A stretch of 64,000 nucleotides of DNA, taken from Candidatus Omnitrophota bacterium. Lineage in GTDB: Bacteria > Omnitrophota > Gorgyraeia > Duberdicusellales > 4484-171. The stretch lies in the NCBI GenBank assembly GCA_037146775.1, contig JBAWWL010000002.1, positions 21,935-85,934 on the forward strand, in the 5' to 3' direction. The notes beneath the pieces were generated by a model. The model was not told where the DNA came from. It ran no database searches and was given only the letters and a program-made list of their open reading frames with translations. Position 1 is the first letter of the stretch. Each line of letters opens with the position of its first letter. Below, one piece after another: positions 48,812 to 57,938 of the stretch. Position numbers and translations under genes: made by a program.

Positions 48812-49032
48812 TGCACCATTTTTTGTGTACACAGGGCAGCAAACAACTGGTAAGATTGCATAAAACGCTTTATCGAAAAGAAATTTTACAGCGCGCAAAA
48901 GAATTAGAGCCCGGTACGGTTGGCGCTGTGCAGTCAGACGGACAGTATTACCTGGTAGAGTTATCCGTGGACACCGAAGAAGACTATTTTTCATTTTTAA
49001 ATTATTTGATTTACCTGGGCAGGCACCATTAA
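48811..49032 (+). CDS. Small hypothetical protein, possible PqqD-like recognition element (speculative)
   Basis: 73 aa; translationally coupled to the 48500 ORF; 15 nt before the radical-SAM gene. Confidence 0.4.
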   Translation: MHHFLCTQGSKQLVRLHKTLYRKEILQRAKELEPGTVGAVQSDGQYYLVELSVDTEEDYFSFLNYLIYLGRHH

Positions 49033-49047
49033 CGGAAGCAGAACCAG

Positions 49048-50481
49048 ATGGAAAAAACAATATCATCAAATCTGAGAGCAAAGATACGGAAAGATAAAAA
49101 TTTTACCATAATTCCTTTTAACCGGCGGCCCATTAAAGAAAGTTATTTGGTTTCTAACGTACTTGGCGGATGGGATTTCCTTAACGAGGAAGAATTCCGG
49201 GCATTTAATTCCTTCAACCTCGATAGAGACAGTTCTCTTTTTACGCGCCTTCATGAAAGGGGTTTGGTGGCTGACGAACGCAACATAGAAAGCCTCATAG
49301 AAGGTTATCGGACGCTCAACGCACATCTTTTTAGCGACACATCTTTGCATATTGCGGTAGTCACTACGCGCTGCAACCTGCAATGCACTTATTGCCAATC
49401 GAAATCGCCGCAGCGCAAAGATATGGATATCGAAGTCGCTGCGCGTGTTTTGAAATATCTCTTTGAGGTGCGCACTACTGCCGTAACCCTGGAATTACAG
49501 GGAGGCGAACCGCTGCTCAATTGGGAAACGGTTAAGTTTCTGGTAGAGCATGCCCGCAAATTTAATAAAAGCAAAAATTTACAGCTGGCACTGGTAAGCA
49601 ACTGTGTCCTTTTGGATGAAGTAAAAATGAAATTCTTAGCTGATTTTAATGTATCCTTGTGCTGTTCGCTGGACGGCCCCCGTCAGCTTCATGACGCATA
49701 TCGCCGGTTTCCTAACGGGGAAGGCAGCTATACACAGGCCGTTAAAAATATAAAGTTCTTCGAGGAAAAGTTTGGCAGAAAAGTTGGGCTTTTGCCAACC
49801 ATTACCAAACATTCTTTCGGCTATTTTAAGGAAATAGTTGATGAACACCTGCGTTGGAAGCAACCCGACATAGCTTTACGGCCGGTAAATCAAATAGGCG
49901 GCGCTTGCACCTATTGGCCGGCTTTGGGGTATTCTGCCGAAGAGTTTATCGTATTTTACAAAAATTCTATGGATTACATCCTGGAGTTGAACAAAAAAGG
50001 TATTTTTATACGCGAGAGGATGGCTGCTTTTATGCTTAAGAAAATTCTTTCTCGCGAAGACCCCGGCTTTGTCGAGCTGATGAATCCCTGTGGAGCGGGC
50101 AGGGGGCAAATAGTTTATATGCCGGATGGTAGTTGTTATCCTTGCGATGAAGCCAGGATGGTGGAGGATGAATTGTTTTGTTTGGGTAATATCCTCAAAG
50201 AAGACTACGATATACTGATGCGCAAGGATAATCTTCTCCATCTTTTGGAATCTTCAGTCATGAACCTGTGGGATTATAATTCTGCATTTTTTCCCTGGAC
50301 AGGAACGTGTCCGGTGGTAAACTATTATACACAGAAGAATTTTGTTCCTAAAATCGCCTGTTCACCGTTACATAAGGTTTATAATTTTCAGTTTCAGTAC
50401 ATTTTTGAAAAGATGCTGGAGGATAAAGATAACATGAATATATTTAAAAGATGGGTTAAAAAGGAGGTAGACCATGCCTAA
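49048..50481 (+). CDS. Radical SAM / SPASM-domain protein (peptide-modifying maturase-like)
   Basis: CNLQCTYC (CxxxCxxC) at ~residue 113 after a ~100-aa N-terminal extension; C-terminal SPASM cysteines (CGAGRGQIVYMPDGSCYPCDE...CLGN...CPVV). Confidence 0.8.
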   Translation: MEKTISSNLRAKIRKDKNFTIIPFNRRPIKESYLVSNVLGGWDFLNEEEFRAFNSFNLDRDSSLFTRLHERGLVADERNIESLIEGYRTLNAHLFSDTSLHIAVVTTRCNLQCTYCQSKSPQRKDMDIEVAARVLKYLFEVRTTAVTLELQGGEPLLNWETVKFLVEHARKFNKSKNLQLALVSNCVLLDEVKMKFLADFNVSLCCSLDGPRQLHDAYRRFPNGEGSYTQAVKNIKFFEEKFGRKVGLLPTITKHSFGYFKEIVDEHLRWKQPDIALRPVNQIGGACTYWPALGYSAEEFIVFYKNSMDYILELNKKGIFIRERMAAFMLKKILSREDPGFVELMNPCGAGRGQIVYMPDGSCYPCDEARMVEDELFCLGNILKEDYDILMRKDNLLHLLESSVMNLWDYNSAFFPWTGTCPVVNYYTQKNFVPKIACSPLHKVYNFQFQYIFEKMLEDKDNMNIFKRWVKKEVDHA

Positions 50482-50899
50482 GGAAGATAATAAGAAATTT
50501 CAACTGGTCAAGAAAACCATCAAAGATTTTATTCGCGATGAGGATGGGTTTGTTACGAAAGACAATATTTTAAAAATTGGCTTAGGTACTGTTTCTTCCG
50601 TAGGCTTGTTAAGCGCGGTATCAGCCGCATATGCCGCCCACATTTCTCTTACTCCCTGTACCTTGGTGGTAAAAACAACTTTTACCTATCATCTGAATGA
50701 GCTGGGTTATCAGGCTGGCGCTGACGGTTTGCCTGTCGACGTCGATACAGGCGTCACGCGCACTTGTTACCGGGTAAAACATTTCAATAATCCTCACGAG
50801 CATTTTAATCATGTGAATCGGAAGGTGTCTGGCTCGGGCACGGGTTGTTTAAGCGGCAAAGGCTGCGCTTCTTTTGGCTACGCCGAATGCGGATCATAA
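50474..50899 (+). CDS. Hypothetical protein with hydrophobic segment and Cys/Gly-rich C-terminal tail (candidate modified peptide)
   Basis: Overlaps the radical-SAM gene stop by 8 nt; C-terminus ...VSGSGTGCLSGKGCASFGYAECGS; 5 Cys. Confidence 0.45.
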   Translation: MPKEDNKKFQLVKKTIKDFIRDEDGFVTKDNILKIGLGTVSSVGLLSAVSAAYAAHISLTPCTLVVKTTFTYHLNELGYQAGADGLPVDVDTGVTRTCYRVKHFNNPHEHFNHVNRKVSGSGTGCLSGKGCASFGYAECGS

Positions 50900-50909
50900 C
50901 CTTATTCGC

Positions 50910-51683
50910 ATGATTAAAGTAAAAAGTTATATCATAGGGGCGTTTTTGGTTATAGTGTCTCTTTCTGCGTTTGCAGAAGATAAACCCACCATGACGCCTC
51001 TTTATGGCAGTGATATTTCTGATAAAGAGCTGGAACAGAAAATACAATTCAGTAAAGATGTGCTTAAGGGTAGTGGCTATCTAGAAACGTTTCAGCTCTA
51101 TCGCGCCATACGCGACGAAAACGTCTCTTTGTGTCCCAACGATGAATGTAAGCGCCTGGCTTCCAATATTATTCTCCTGCGTTACGGCGGCGAGAATAGA
51201 TGTAAAGATATAAAAAACAACACGTTACAGGAACTATGCGTGGCCGTCAATGCTTCCCGCTGCGAAGAACTTAAGGATTGGCGTAAAGGTTTCTGTGAAG
51301 CTACGCTTAAAAATAATCCCGATGCTCTGGTACAGTCTTCCAATAACCCGGAATTAAGTAAAATAGTCGATTTACCGTTTCTGTTTAACAAAGACACTGT
51401 TTCGGTCGGGCTGGGAATCTATTACGGGTATAAGCACTATAGCTCCCTTGCGTGCGAGCGGTATTTGAAAGACACAAAACTTCCTTTACGCTGGAAGCTG
51501 TCTTGCAAGCTGATTTTTTCTCAGGATTTTGAAAAAGATAAGGATGAGCTGCTTACCGATTTATCCCTTTTTGTTCTCTCTCGTATCGAGACAAAACCTG
51601 CTTTATGCAATCGAGTCAAGAACAATTTTGTTAAAGATGCTTGCCTTAATGCTAACGTGAAGGATTTGAGTGAAGTGTGGTAG
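50910..51683 (+). CDS. Secreted cysteine-rich hypothetical protein
   Basis: Signal peptide from the internal ATG (MIKVKSYIIGAFLVIVSLSAFA); ~12 Cys in the mature part. Confidence 0.5.
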   Translation: MIKVKSYIIGAFLVIVSLSAFAEDKPTMTPLYGSDISDKELEQKIQFSKDVLKGSGYLETFQLYRAIRDENVSLCPNDECKRLASNIILLRYGGENRCKDIKNNTLQELCVAVNASRCEELKDWRKGFCEATLKNNPDALVQSSNNPELSKIVDLPFLFNKDTVSVGLGIYYGYKHYSSLACERYLKDTKLPLRWKLSCKLIFSQDFEKDKDELLTDLSLFVLSRIETKPALCNRVKNNFVKDACLNANVKDLSEVW

Positions 51684-51722
51684 GGTTGTGCCTATCTCGA
51701 GCTTACCGTTAACCTGCCGTTT

Positions 51723-52586
51723 TTAGTATCCACCGATTATCTTCAGTATCCACCAAAGAATATTCGTATTGCTCAAATATGCTCCGATAAACATAAAAGG
51801 CGAGAAGGGGATACGCATGGGATGCTCTTCTTTTATGCTTATCACAATTCTGAGTATATAAAAGATTGCCGTGTAGATTAATGTGTTGCTGAGATATTGT
51901 AAGATGATGGGGGCAGAGAAGAATTGAGGCACGAACAAATAATGTAATAATAGCCCGGCCACAAACACTATTCCTATAACAATTTTGTTACGTTTGAGGG
52001 TGTTGATAAACCTGTAAGCTAAGGAGTAGGCGATGCCGAGAACGATAAAATTTAAAAAGACATTATCTTTCAGGGGAAAGAGCTTTACTAAAGGCTGCAC
52101 TACCCAGGATATTCCCAGTATGATCAGAAAAAGATTTATGAAATAAAAGAACGTATATACCGAGACGACTTGCTTGATAATTTTATTTTTGTTGGCTATA
52201 ATACTGTGCAATGACAGCGGTAGCAGAACGATAAAGCTGAGTAAAAACGAGTTGATAAATAAGCTGAAACAGGAAAACGGCAGTATCGGTTTATATATAT
52301 TGACAGGCAAAAGCAGGGAGTAGGTAAAGAATAGTTTTGCATCTCCGGCTTGCCACAGCCTGGCGCCGTACAGTATAAAACCTATACCTAATCCTATCAG
52401 GGGGTTGGCAACTAATGCAAGCGACAGGCGCAGTGTGCCCGTAAAGATTCCTATAAGATAGAGTAGTATGGCTAAAAGCGAGATAATACCCAAATGAATA
52501 TTTTTAATTTTCTTCTCGCGTATATCCGTAATAACGCTCAAAATCCCGGTAATGAGAATAAGTATATAGAAATAACCATTCATCAA
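51723..52586 (-). CDS. A24-family prepilin peptidase (TadV/CpaA-like, no methyltransferase domain)
   Basis: Catalytic Asp motifs ITDIREKKIKN and WQAGDAKLF in a multi-TM protein of 287 aa. Confidence 0.65.
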   Translation of the reverse strand: MMNGYFYILILITGILSVITDIREKKIKNIHLGIISLLAILLYLIGIFTGTLRLSLALVANPLIGLGIGFILYGARLWQAGDAKLFFTYSLLLPVNIYKPILPFSCFSLFINSFLLSFIVLLPLSLHSIIANKNKIIKQVVSVYTFFYFINLFLIILGISWVVQPLVKLFPLKDNVFLNFIVLGIAYSLAYRFINTLKRNKIVIGIVFVAGLLLHYLFVPQFFSAPIILQYLSNTLIYTAIFYILRIVISIKEEHPMRIPFSPFMFIGAYLSNTNILWWILKIIGGY

Positions 52587-52665
52587 GTTGCATTATAGCA
52601 TAGATATATATACCAGAGGAGTGGTTTTGTTTTTATAACTAAGAATAGTTAAAGCGCATAATGTC

Positions 52666-53673
52666 ATGCAGCATAACCAAGATTTTAAAGTAACAAAATG
52701 CCTTAAGAGTGAAATCTCTGATGTTGCCGCTTTTTTGAAATTAATGGAAACTTCTGGAGCGAGTTTTTTACCCCAAAATGAGCAGTATCTTTTAAATAAA
52801 TATCGTAGCTATGAAAAAAATGACCGCCATTTAAGCTTATTTCTGCTTAAAAATAGTCAAGGCATTATAAAAGGCGTGAGCGGATACGTGCCTTTTAAGG
52901 GCCTTTTCCGAGGCAAGCCTTTAAATGGTTTTGTCGGGACCGATGCGATTATTTCACCCGAGGAGCGTAAAAAAATTCCTACCTTGGCAATGGTGCTGGC
53001 ACATAGTTATGAGCAGCTTGTTCGCCGGGACCGGCTCCTGCCTTTGGTCTGTCCAGCGGACAAAACTGTTTCCGAGTATTTTAAAAAAGTACGATGGGGA
53101 GAATTTTCTCACGCCTACAAGTTTTTTCATCCTCTCGCGGCGCAATTTTCACCTGTTCTCAAGAAAGGTGGTATAGAAATCAGGAAAATAGATATATTCG
53201 AAAAGGATATCGATGTATTTTTTAAACGGATAGCGCCGCAGCATGATTTTTTGCTGCATGCTGACAGAAATTTTTTGAATTGGAAATATTTTAAAAACCC
53301 ATATGGCCGCTACGTGGTATTGGCGGCTTATCAGGATAAAGACGTGGTGGGCTATTTTGTGGCGGAAAAGATTGAGAACGATATTTGCGTTGTGGATATT
53401 ACGGTAAATTTAGAATATCCACGGGTTATTCTGTTGCTTTTATTCGGTTCTCTCGATTATTTCGAAAAAAATATGGTTACGAGGATTGTGTGTTGTCTTA
53501 GTCATGGCCGCTATATGGAGATATTAAGAAAAGTAGGTTTCTTGAACTGCTGGGACACGGAATTTCTTTTTTTTAAGGTAGGGCTTCTTTTCAGCAGTAT
53601 TTCTCAGGACGATTTTTATTCCACAAACAAAAAGTGTTATCATCTGAATGGTTTTGCGCAACATCTATATTGA
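52666..53673 (+). CDS. Hypothetical protein, possibly GNAT-fold/FemAB-like acyltransferase (Acetyltransf_6-like)
   Basis: 335 aa; weak resemblance only; heads a cluster with KS-like, ACP and KS genes. Confidence 0.3.
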   Translation: MQHNQDFKVTKCLKSEISDVAAFLKLMETSGASFLPQNEQYLLNKYRSYEKNDRHLSLFLLKNSQGIIKGVSGYVPFKGLFRGKPLNGFVGTDAIISPEERKKIPTLAMVLAHSYEQLVRRDRLLPLVCPADKTVSEYFKKVRWGEFSHAYKFFHPLAAQFSPVLKKGGIEIRKIDIFEKDIDVFFKRIAPQHDFLLHADRNFLNWKYFKNPYGRYVVLAAYQDKDVVGYFVAEKIENDICVVDITVNLEYPRVILLLLFGSLDYFEKNMVTRIVCCLSHGRYMEILRKVGFLNCWDTEFLFFKVGLLFSSISQDDFYSTNKKCYHLNGFAQHLY

Positions 53674-53682
53674 GGCCGGGCA

Positions 53683-54555
53683 ATGGGTGAAGTTATTAGC
53701 GGTATACACATAAATAGAGATCCGGACACGCTGGAACTTGAAGGGGTCCGCCGTTCGGTAGCGGCTGCCTTAAAAGAAAGCGGTACCGTAATTACCAAGG
53801 ATAATTGTTACCGTGTGGGGATTTTCCTCGGTACCACATTCAGCAATTTCAAAATAAGGAATATAAACGCTGAAACATATTTTGCTAAAGGCGTGCGTGC
53901 GGTAAATCCCGCTGATTTCCCAAAGGGTTTGATTTCTTATCTGGCGGGTAACATTTCCATTGCTTTCAATATTCGCGGCGCAAACAGTACTATTTCAAGC
54001 GGCAGAGCGTCCGGTATAGATGCGTTACTGGAGGCTATGTATTTTTTGCGCCGAGATAAAAACAATAGTGCGGTAGTTGTGGAATTCAAAGAAACGCTTG
54101 ATAAAAAATCAGTATACCCCATACTGGCCAATGTTTCTTTGGTGATACGTAACTGTTCTTCCGCGAGCCAAAAAAAAGATAATGTCGAGGTGTGTGGGCT
54201 GGGGTATGCTTTTGAGAGAGCAGGTGCCACTTGCGGCCTCATACATGCGGTAGAGGAAGCGCTCGCGTTCAGCCCTGTTGACCGCAAAGATCTTAGCGGT
54301 ATTTTTTTTAGCGGTATGTCTATGCGCCAAAAGCAAACAGTACAGCGGCAACTAAACGAGCGTTTCGGATATTCCGGCAAGCATATTGAGGCTGTTTCTC
54401 TTGCCGACGCAACCGGATTGTTCGGTATTGGCGATATGATAATAAGAAAACGTTCCGTATTGTGCAGAAAGAAAATGTCTGTTACAATGTTTCTTAATTT
54501 AGGCGAAAATACTAACAGTAGCTGTGTGATGCTTAAAATAAACGGTCGAAGCTGA
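53683..54555 (+). CDS. Beta-ketoacyl synthase-like protein lacking the active-site cysteine (CLF-like)
   Basis: Thiolase-fold segments (GIFLGTTFSNF; NIRGANSTISSGRASGIDALLEA); position of the KS Cys occupied by Ser/Gly; 290 aa. Confidence 0.5.
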   Translation: MGEVISGIHINRDPDTLELEGVRRSVAAALKESGTVITKDNCYRVGIFLGTTFSNFKIRNINAETYFAKGVRAVNPADFPKGLISYLAGNISIAFNIRGANSTISSGRASGIDALLEAMYFLRRDKNNSAVVVEFKETLDKKSVYPILANVSLVIRNCSSASQKKDNVEVCGLGYAFERAGATCGLIHAVEEALAFSPVDRKDLSGIFFSGMSMRQKQTVQRQLNERFGYSGKHIEAVSLADATGLFGIGDMIIRKRSVLCRKKMSVTMFLNLGENTNSSCVMLKINGRS

Positions 54556-54582
54556 CACAAGAGGGCGGAGGAGAGGCATATT

Positions 54583-54894
54583 ATGAAAAAGAAAACCATC
54601 AAAGGAAAGAGCAAGAAGCAGCAGAAAGCTAAAACAGTATTGAGCGAAGAACAAATACGCCAGCAGTTGTTGGAAATTATAAGCAATTTAGGCAAGATTT
54701 CCAAGGAAATAATTGAGAAATCAAATAAAGAAAATTTTTCTCAGTTGGGATTAGATTCCTTTGCTCTGGTAGAAATAGTTTTTTCCATCGAAAACACATT
54801 TGATATCGATATCCCGCAAGACAGTCTTACCAGCCTTCGCACTTTCGATGATGTGCTGCATTTGGTAACTGATTTAGTGAAAAAACGTGGCTGA
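54583..54894 (+). CDS. Acyl carrier protein
   Basis: LGLDSFALVEIV phosphopantetheine-attachment Ser motif; strong GGAGGAGAGG RBS. Confidence 0.7.
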   Translation: MKKKTIKGKSKKQQKAKTVLSEEQIRQQLLEIISNLGKISKEIIEKSNKENFSQLGLDSFALVEIVFSIENTFDIDIPQDSLTSLRTFDDVLHLVTDLVKKRG

Positions 54895-56056
54895 GCGCGT
54901 AGTTATTACCGGTTTAGGTGTTGTATCTTCGCTTGGGTTCGGCCTTGATGAATTCTGGTCAGGACTAACCAGCGGTACCTCGGGTATCAGCGAAGTTACC
55001 TCTTTTAAAGCCACACACTTAGAACGGCACCGCGGAGGTGAAATAAAAGATTTTGATCCTTCGCGGCTTTTTCCTCTCGCAGCCATCCATAAACTTCCCC
55101 GTACACATCAATTTGCTCTTGTCGCGGCATATCAGGCTTTGCAAGACTCCGGAGTGAGTAAAACAAAAAATGTAGGCATGGTATTTGGCAGTATAGTCGC
55201 TGGGTCGGAATTTATTGACGGTTGCTGCAAGGATATTAATCAATACCCGGTATACATGGCGGCATCTAATATATGCACTTTATTAGGTTTAAGCGCATCG
55301 GCTTTTACGTTGTCGGGTGCTTGTGCTGCCGGAAATTACGCCATAAGTTTGGCATATGAGCGTATTAAAGAGGGCAGAGAGGCTGTTATCCTGGCCGGAT
55401 CGGCAGATTATTTTTCACCCGGAACTTTTATAGGGCTTTATCGGGTATTTTCTCTTGCTCCGCTATGCTGTCAGCCGTTTGATAAAAACCGTAGGGGCCT
55501 CATACCTGCTGAAGGCGCGGGTATGTTGGTTTTGGAAAGCCTTTCATCTGCGAAAAAAAGAAAGGCGCACATCTATGCTGAGGTTCTCGGATATGGCCTG
55601 AGTGCCGACGCTCATCACGCGCTTATACCTTCCGGCGACGGGGTTTTCCATTGCATGAAAAACGCGCTCGACCAGACAAAATTAGCGTTAAGCGATATTG
55701 ATTATATTAACGCGCATGGCACCGGTACCGTGCCTAACGATCGTACCGAATGCGCTGCGATAAAGAAATTGTTCGGGCAAAAGCGTTCCCGTAAAATACC
55801 CGTCAGCTCGATCAAGTCTGTGTTGGGTCATACGATGGCTGCGGCTTCCGCTATCGAGGCTATTGCCTGCTGCTTAACGCTCAAAACCGGCGTTATTGCA
55901 CCGACCATAAACTATGAAACGCCAGACCCGGAATGCGATATTGACTGTGTGCCGAATAAAGCACGTCGACAAAAGGTAAGGGTGGTGTTGAATAATGCGT
56001 TTGGTTTTGGGGGGATGAATTGTTCGGTGGCATTAGCTCGTAACGCCTCTTTGTGA
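54887..56056 (+). CDS. Beta-ketoacyl-ACP synthase (FabF/KAS II-like)
   Basis: Active-site Cys (SGACAAG), His motifs (NAHGTGT, GHTMAAAS); overlaps the ACP stop. Confidence 0.8.
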   Translation: MAERVVITGLGVVSSLGFGLDEFWSGLTSGTSGISEVTSFKATHLERHRGGEIKDFDPSRLFPLAAIHKLPRTHQFALVAAYQALQDSGVSKTKNVGMVFGSIVAGSEFIDGCCKDINQYPVYMAASNICTLLGLSASAFTLSGACAAGNYAISLAYERIKEGREAVILAGSADYFSPGTFIGLYRVFSLAPLCCQPFDKNRRGLIPAEGAGMLVLESLSSAKKRKAHIYAEVLGYGLSADAHHALIPSGDGVFHCMKNALDQTKLALSDIDYINAHGTGTVPNDRTECAAIKKLFGQKRSRKIPVSSIKSVLGHTMAAASAIEAIACCLTLKTGVIAPTINYETPDPECDIDCVPNKARRQKVRVVLNNAFGFGGMNCSVALARNASL

Positions 56057-56114
56057 GGAAAAGCGATAGAATTAATATTGACAGAAAAAAAATATATGTT
56101 ATGATTAAATAATC

Positions 56115-56609
56115 ATGTGGCTTAGCGCTATATTTATCAGTATCGCAATTTTATCCCGGCTTATTCCTCATGTGCCTAATTTTTCTCCTCTGGTAGGCGT
56201 GGCGCTTTTTGCCGGTGTCTACTGGAACAAGAAAAACGGTTTTCTCCTGCCCTTGGCAATGTACATTATCTCCGATCTTATTATTGGCCTGCACAATACT
56301 GTACTTTTTACCTGGTCGTCGATAGTAATTATTTATGCCTTGGGGGTATATCTACGCAAACATAAGAGCGTTACAACAACCGTTGCCTATACCTTCATCT
56401 CTGCGGTTATTTTCTTTATTATCAGCAATTTTGGCGTATGGCTCATGGGTTGGTATCCACGCACCATGGCCGGATTAGTTCAGTGCTTTTATCTCGCTCT
56501 TCCCTTCTTCAGAATGTCTCTCTTGGCCGATTTCGTGTACGTAGCTGTACTATTTGGTGCCTACGAGTTTTTCCTTGCCAAACACGTTCTCGCAAGAGAA
56601 TCTCTCTAA
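56115..56609 (+). CDS. Small polytopic membrane protein (unknown function)
   Basis: 164 aa, 5 predicted TM helices. Confidence 0.4.
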   Translation: MWLSAIFISIAILSRLIPHVPNFSPLVGVALFAGVYWNKKNGFLLPLAMYIISDLIIGLHNTVLFTWSSIVIIYALGVYLRKHKSVTTTVAYTFISAVIFFIISNFGVWLMGWYPRTMAGLVQCFYLALPFFRMSLLADFVYVAVLFGAYEFFLAKHVLARESL

Positions 56610-56845
56610 AACCTCCCTTTACAGTCCCTAAAAACTATGTATAATAAACTCAATTACATAGATATACTATGTTCTCTGATATGTTGTCGGTGCTGACAAA
56701 ACCAACAATGCGCAAGATTTGTTGTGTTTTTTGTAGGATGCACAGGGGTTAGGAGTTTGAGTTTAATCATTACAGATGTTTCTGGGTGAGTGTGGAAAAA
56801 TATCTTTACGTCTGTGTGTACAAGAGAGCGATAGTTTGTAGTATT

Positions 56846-56921
56846 CGGGAGCTAGCCTAACCCGGTTCAAGGCGCTTGGTTTGGGACCAAGAGATTGGCG
56901 GTTCAAATCCGCCGCTCCCGA
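56846..56921 (+). tRNA. tRNA-Pro (anticodon TGG)
   Basis: Manual fold: acceptor CGGGAGC/GCTCCCG, U8A9, anticodon loop UUUGGGA, T-loop TTCAAAT; 76 nt. Confidence 0.8.
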
Positions 56922-57042
56922 CTTATAATAGAAAAATTTTGCGAGGCGTTTTCTTAGCCGGAGAGATGCTCAAGATAATATTGTTTATCAAAGAACAAAG
57001 CATGTCCCGTGGAAAAAACAAGCATAAATGAGGAGGTGGGGT

Positions 57043-57507
57043 ATGTTTCTTAGGAGTATGTTATTAGTTTGGTTTTCTACATTTTTTATATCAAGCGCGA
57101 TATTTGCCGAAGGTTTGGCCTCTAAGGAAGCGATAAATTATTATAACGAGGGTGTAAAAGCTCAGCAAAACGGCGATTTCGATGCCGCGGTAAAAGGATA
57201 TCAGATGGCTGCCTTATTAAGTGCTCGTTATCATAAATTTATCATAAACAATAAAGGAGCCATGTACGCGCAGATGGGCGATATACAAAAAGCTGAAGCA
57301 GCTTTCAGGGAAGCATTAACTCTTGATCCAGATTATCAGCCGGCAAAAATGAATTTAGGTCTTATTTATGATGCAAAAGGCGACCGGCTGAAAGCTTTAG
57401 AATGGTGGTATGAGGCTTTTGAAGTTGAAAAGCGAAAACCAAAAACATTTCTTATCGAGGCTCCGCAGCAAGTAGAGGTAGAGGAGTCTGTTTCGCCTAG
57501 CTATTAG
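57043..57507 (+). CDS. Secreted tetratricopeptide-repeat protein
   Basis: ATG at 57043 after AGGAGG; signal peptide; TPR motifs (AINYYNEGVKAQQNGDFDAAVKGYQ...). Confidence 0.65.
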   Translation: MFLRSMLLVWFSTFFISSAIFAEGLASKEAINYYNEGVKAQQNGDFDAAVKGYQMAALLSARYHKFIINNKGAMYAQMGDIQKAEAAFREALTLDPDYQPAKMNLGLIYDAKGDRLKALEWWYEAFEVEKRKPKTFLIEAPQQVEVEESVSPSY

Positions 57508-57782
57508 TCACTCGTTAGTATTAGCCTGCGCCCATAGTTTTCCGATAGCGTTTAATGTATCGGGAAGCGATTGAATATGCAATAGATTAGAAGTAATTTG
57601 ATATTTTGCGCCCGTAGCTTAATGAGCACATCATTTTTTCAAGCACGAAGTACGCAGTAAAAATGATAATGCGAATTAACCCCGCAGCGCTTCTTGTAAA
57701 TTTTCTGTGAAAATTTATGAGATATTTTAGGCGCAAGGGGTATGTGGTGTGATGATTGTGTTTCCCGTTCTTTAGAAAATTT

Positions 57783-57856
57783 GCGCCCGTAGCTCAATTG
57801 GATAGAGCAACTGCCTTCTAAGCAGTAGGTTGCGTGTTCAATTCACGCCGGGCGCG
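57783..57856 (+). tRNA. tRNA-Arg (anticodon TCT)
   Basis: Manual fold: acceptor GCGCCCG/CGGGCGC, D-arm GCTC-AATTGGATA-GAGC, anticodon loop CUUCUAA, T-loop TTCAATT; 74 nt. Confidence 0.85.
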
Positions 57857-57938
57857 TATAATTATTAGTGTTCGCTTGATATACTATTTTACGCCATAAA
57901 ATTCTTGATGTAGCACACAAAGAGGAGAGCAATATTCT

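Noticed and set aside
53937-54704. 255-aa minus-strand ORF overlapping the KS-like and ACP genes
   Set aside because: It lies antisense to two well-supported genes that have RBSs and conserved motifs, and has no recognisable domains.
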